Positions 62,576 through 64,000 of a stretch of DNA of 64,000 nt are shown here, one piece after another. Position numbers and translations under genes: made by a program. A model generated the notes under the pieces. That model saw nothing but the letters and a program-made list of their open reading frames with translations. It made no database searches and was not told where the DNA came from. Every line of letters begins with the position of its first letter. The stretch's first letter is position 1. Origin of the DNA: Alphaproteobacteria bacterium (GTDB lineage: Bacteria; Pseudomonadota; Alphaproteobacteria; UBA6615); contig CBDHEC010000043.1 in the NCBI GenBank assembly GCA_965261975.1, positions 11,928-75,927 on the forward strand, in the 5' to 3' direction.

Positions 62576-62601
62576 GAAACGCCTACGTAAAGGGAGGAGA
62601 G

Positions 62602-63141
62602 TTACGCGGCGATTGACTTGGAGAAGTTCTCAACGACCTTGTTGAGGCGCTCGTTCAGCGGCTGTGCGGCTTCGTTGGAAACCTTGACCGACAGGTCCTG
62701 CAGCTTGGCGGATTCTGCAACGAAATCGTCGTAGGCAGCCTTCGCGAGCTGGGTCTGAAGGTCCAGGAACTCCTGCGGGTTCTTGACCGCACCGAGCTGC
62801 TGGGCCGCGGCCACGTTGGCCTCGATGGTCTTCTCGGCGTATGCGGCGAATTCCTTACCGACGATCTCGAAACCCTTGGCGAAGATGTTGCCGGAAACGA
62901 CGAGCGCCTCGGCGTTCTCGCGGCTGGCATCGCTCAGCTGGTCCATGTTCTCGAGGGCGGACTTCTGCGCCTTGTCCATCTGCTCACGCGCGGTCGTGTA
63001 GAACTGCTCGTAGCTCTTGGCGAAGGCCTCGGTGCCGGCCTGTACGGCGTCTTCGATGGTCTTCTTCTGCGCCGCGGCAGCGGATTCCAGGGTTTCCTGA
63101 GTAGCTTTGTTCGAGGCGCCGTTCTTCTTCGTGGTAGCCAT
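62602..63141 (-). CDS. Phasin family PHA granule-associated protein
   Basis: Ala/Glu/Lys/Gln-rich helical protein, ENAEAL..SG, KNPQEFLDLQ, A.QPLNER; upstream of clpS; AAGGA RBS. Confidence 0.85.
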   Translation of the reverse strand: MATTKKNGASNKATQETLESAAAAQKKTIEDAVQAGTEAFAKSYEQFYTTAREQMDKAQKSALENMDQLSDASRENAEALVVSGNIFAKGFEIVGKEFAAYAEKTIEANVAAAQQLGAVKNPQEFLDLQTQLAKAAYDDFVAESAKLQDLSVKVSNEAAQPLNERLNKVVENFSKSIAA

Positions 63142-63160
63142 GTCAAACTTCCTTTCGTTT

Positions 63161-63310
63161 ATGTGCATTTCGGTGCACATGCGCCGAGGACCGGGAAATT
63201 GACGAAACCAAGCCCTTGTTATATCTCGTTTATGCTGCAACGCAACATGACAGTGAATATGGGAGCAGGCCATGGGGCCGTGTCAACGAATTTTTGTGCA
63301 GTTGCACCAT
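63161..63310. promoter_or_regulatory. PhaR-like TGC...GCA palindromes upstream of phasin
   Basis: ATGTGCA-N6-TGCACAT (63161-63180), ATGCTGCAACGCAACAT (63232-63248), GTGCAGTTGCAC (63296-63307). Confidence 0.6.
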
Positions 63311-63420
63311 TTTTTCTTCGCAATTGCGATATATTGTTGTAAAACAACAATTATCCAGCACCGTGTAGCCGCCAACCGGAACCATCCGGGGCGCATTTTC
63401 AGTGCAGTTGCGTTGGGATT

Positions 63421-63999
63421 CTAGTGCTCGGCGATCCAGCTTACGGCGCGTTGGTTCCACGCACCGGCGGGGTCGGCCCCGTCACCCAGCACCGTGAAAT
63501 GCGTCATCCCGGGGATTTCCAGCGTCTCCACGTCGCCGCCGCCATCCGCAAGCGCCTGGGCAAATTCCTTGCCCTGAGGAATCAGGAACGGATAGTCCTC
63601 GCTCCCCCACGTCACCAGGGCCGGCGGCGGTGCCTCGGCGATACGATATTGCGGGCTCTTCTCCCTGCCGTCGTCACCTTCGCTGAGGCAGGGCGGCGGC
63701 CAATCATCGAAATCGGCCTCCGAAGAGACATCGTAGACACCCGAGATCGGCAGAAAACCCTTGATGACATCGCGGGCGAGGCCATGCCGGGCCTGCCAGT
63801 CGCGGGTCACGGCAAGCTGGGCGGCATAATGGCCACCCGATGAATGCCCGCCGATAAATATCCGTTGGGGGTCACCCCCGACCCGGTCGACATTTGCGGA
63901 CAAACAGGCGAGCCCATTGCACAAATCGGGAAACCCATCGTCATATGTCGCGGGTGCGAGCCGGTGCCCCAGACTGGCAAACGTGATCCCCGCAGCCTG
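63421..63999 (-). CDS. Alpha/beta hydrolase (arylformamidase/esterase-like), C-terminal part (runs off window end)
   Basis: Frame open to the window edge (..FASLGHRLAP..), GHSSGG elbow, ISGVYD, HF. Confidence 0.85.
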   Translation of the reverse strand, partial: QAAGITFASLGHRLAPATYDDGFPDLCNGLACLSANVDRVGGDPQRIFIGGHSSGGHYAAQLAVTRDWQARHGLARDVIKGFLPISGVYDVSSEADFDDWPPPCLSEGDDGREKSPQYRIAEAPPPALVTWGSEDYPFLIPQGKEFAQALADGGGDVETLEIPGMTHFTVLGDGADPAGAWNQRAVSWIAEH

Positions 64000-64000
64000 G

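Overview
This is a GC-rich alphaproteobacterial chromosomal segment (Rhodospirillales-like gene order, inferred) made up almost entirely of core genes. From left to right: partial hppA; the rpiB-glyA-nrdR-ribD-ribE-ribBX-ribH-nusB-thiL run followed by two tandem FliL-like genes and an RfnT-like MFS transporter; mucR; gcdH; a Cys-rich MarR divergent from an RpoH-family sigma factor; ldtR; hemB; a 1-Cys peroxiredoxin; a penicillin-acylase-family gene; an internally deleted threonine dehydratase; motAB; ate/bpt; a TRAP system with enlarged membrane subunits; bioY; the rpoZ-spoT-pdxJ-acpS-lepB-rnc-era-recO-parC run; folK; udgB; hppD with its MarR; an ornithine decarboxylase; aroQ-accB-accC-aat; NDUFA12-mlaD-mlaD-DUF2155; nrdJ; and phasin-clpS-clpA. 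I saw no rRNA, tRNA, CRISPR array, prophage or IS element, and no obvious large novel system. The best leads are regulatory or architectural. (1) An 11-Cys MarR sits opposite rpoH, with two copies of a palindromic operator bracketing the rpoH promoter. (2) The same anti-Shine-Dalgarno 11-mer (CTCTCCTCCCT) lies just before the terminator in both the nrdJ and phasin 3' UTRs. (3) Four NrdR-like boxes form two 31-bp-spaced pairs upstream of nrdJ. (4) CtrA boxes precede ldtR and motA. (5) DctM carries a roughly 330-aa Cys-bracketed extension. About 8 indels cluster at 59.2-62.3 kb and are most likely sequencing errors. All calls come from reading the sequence by eye; no searches were run.
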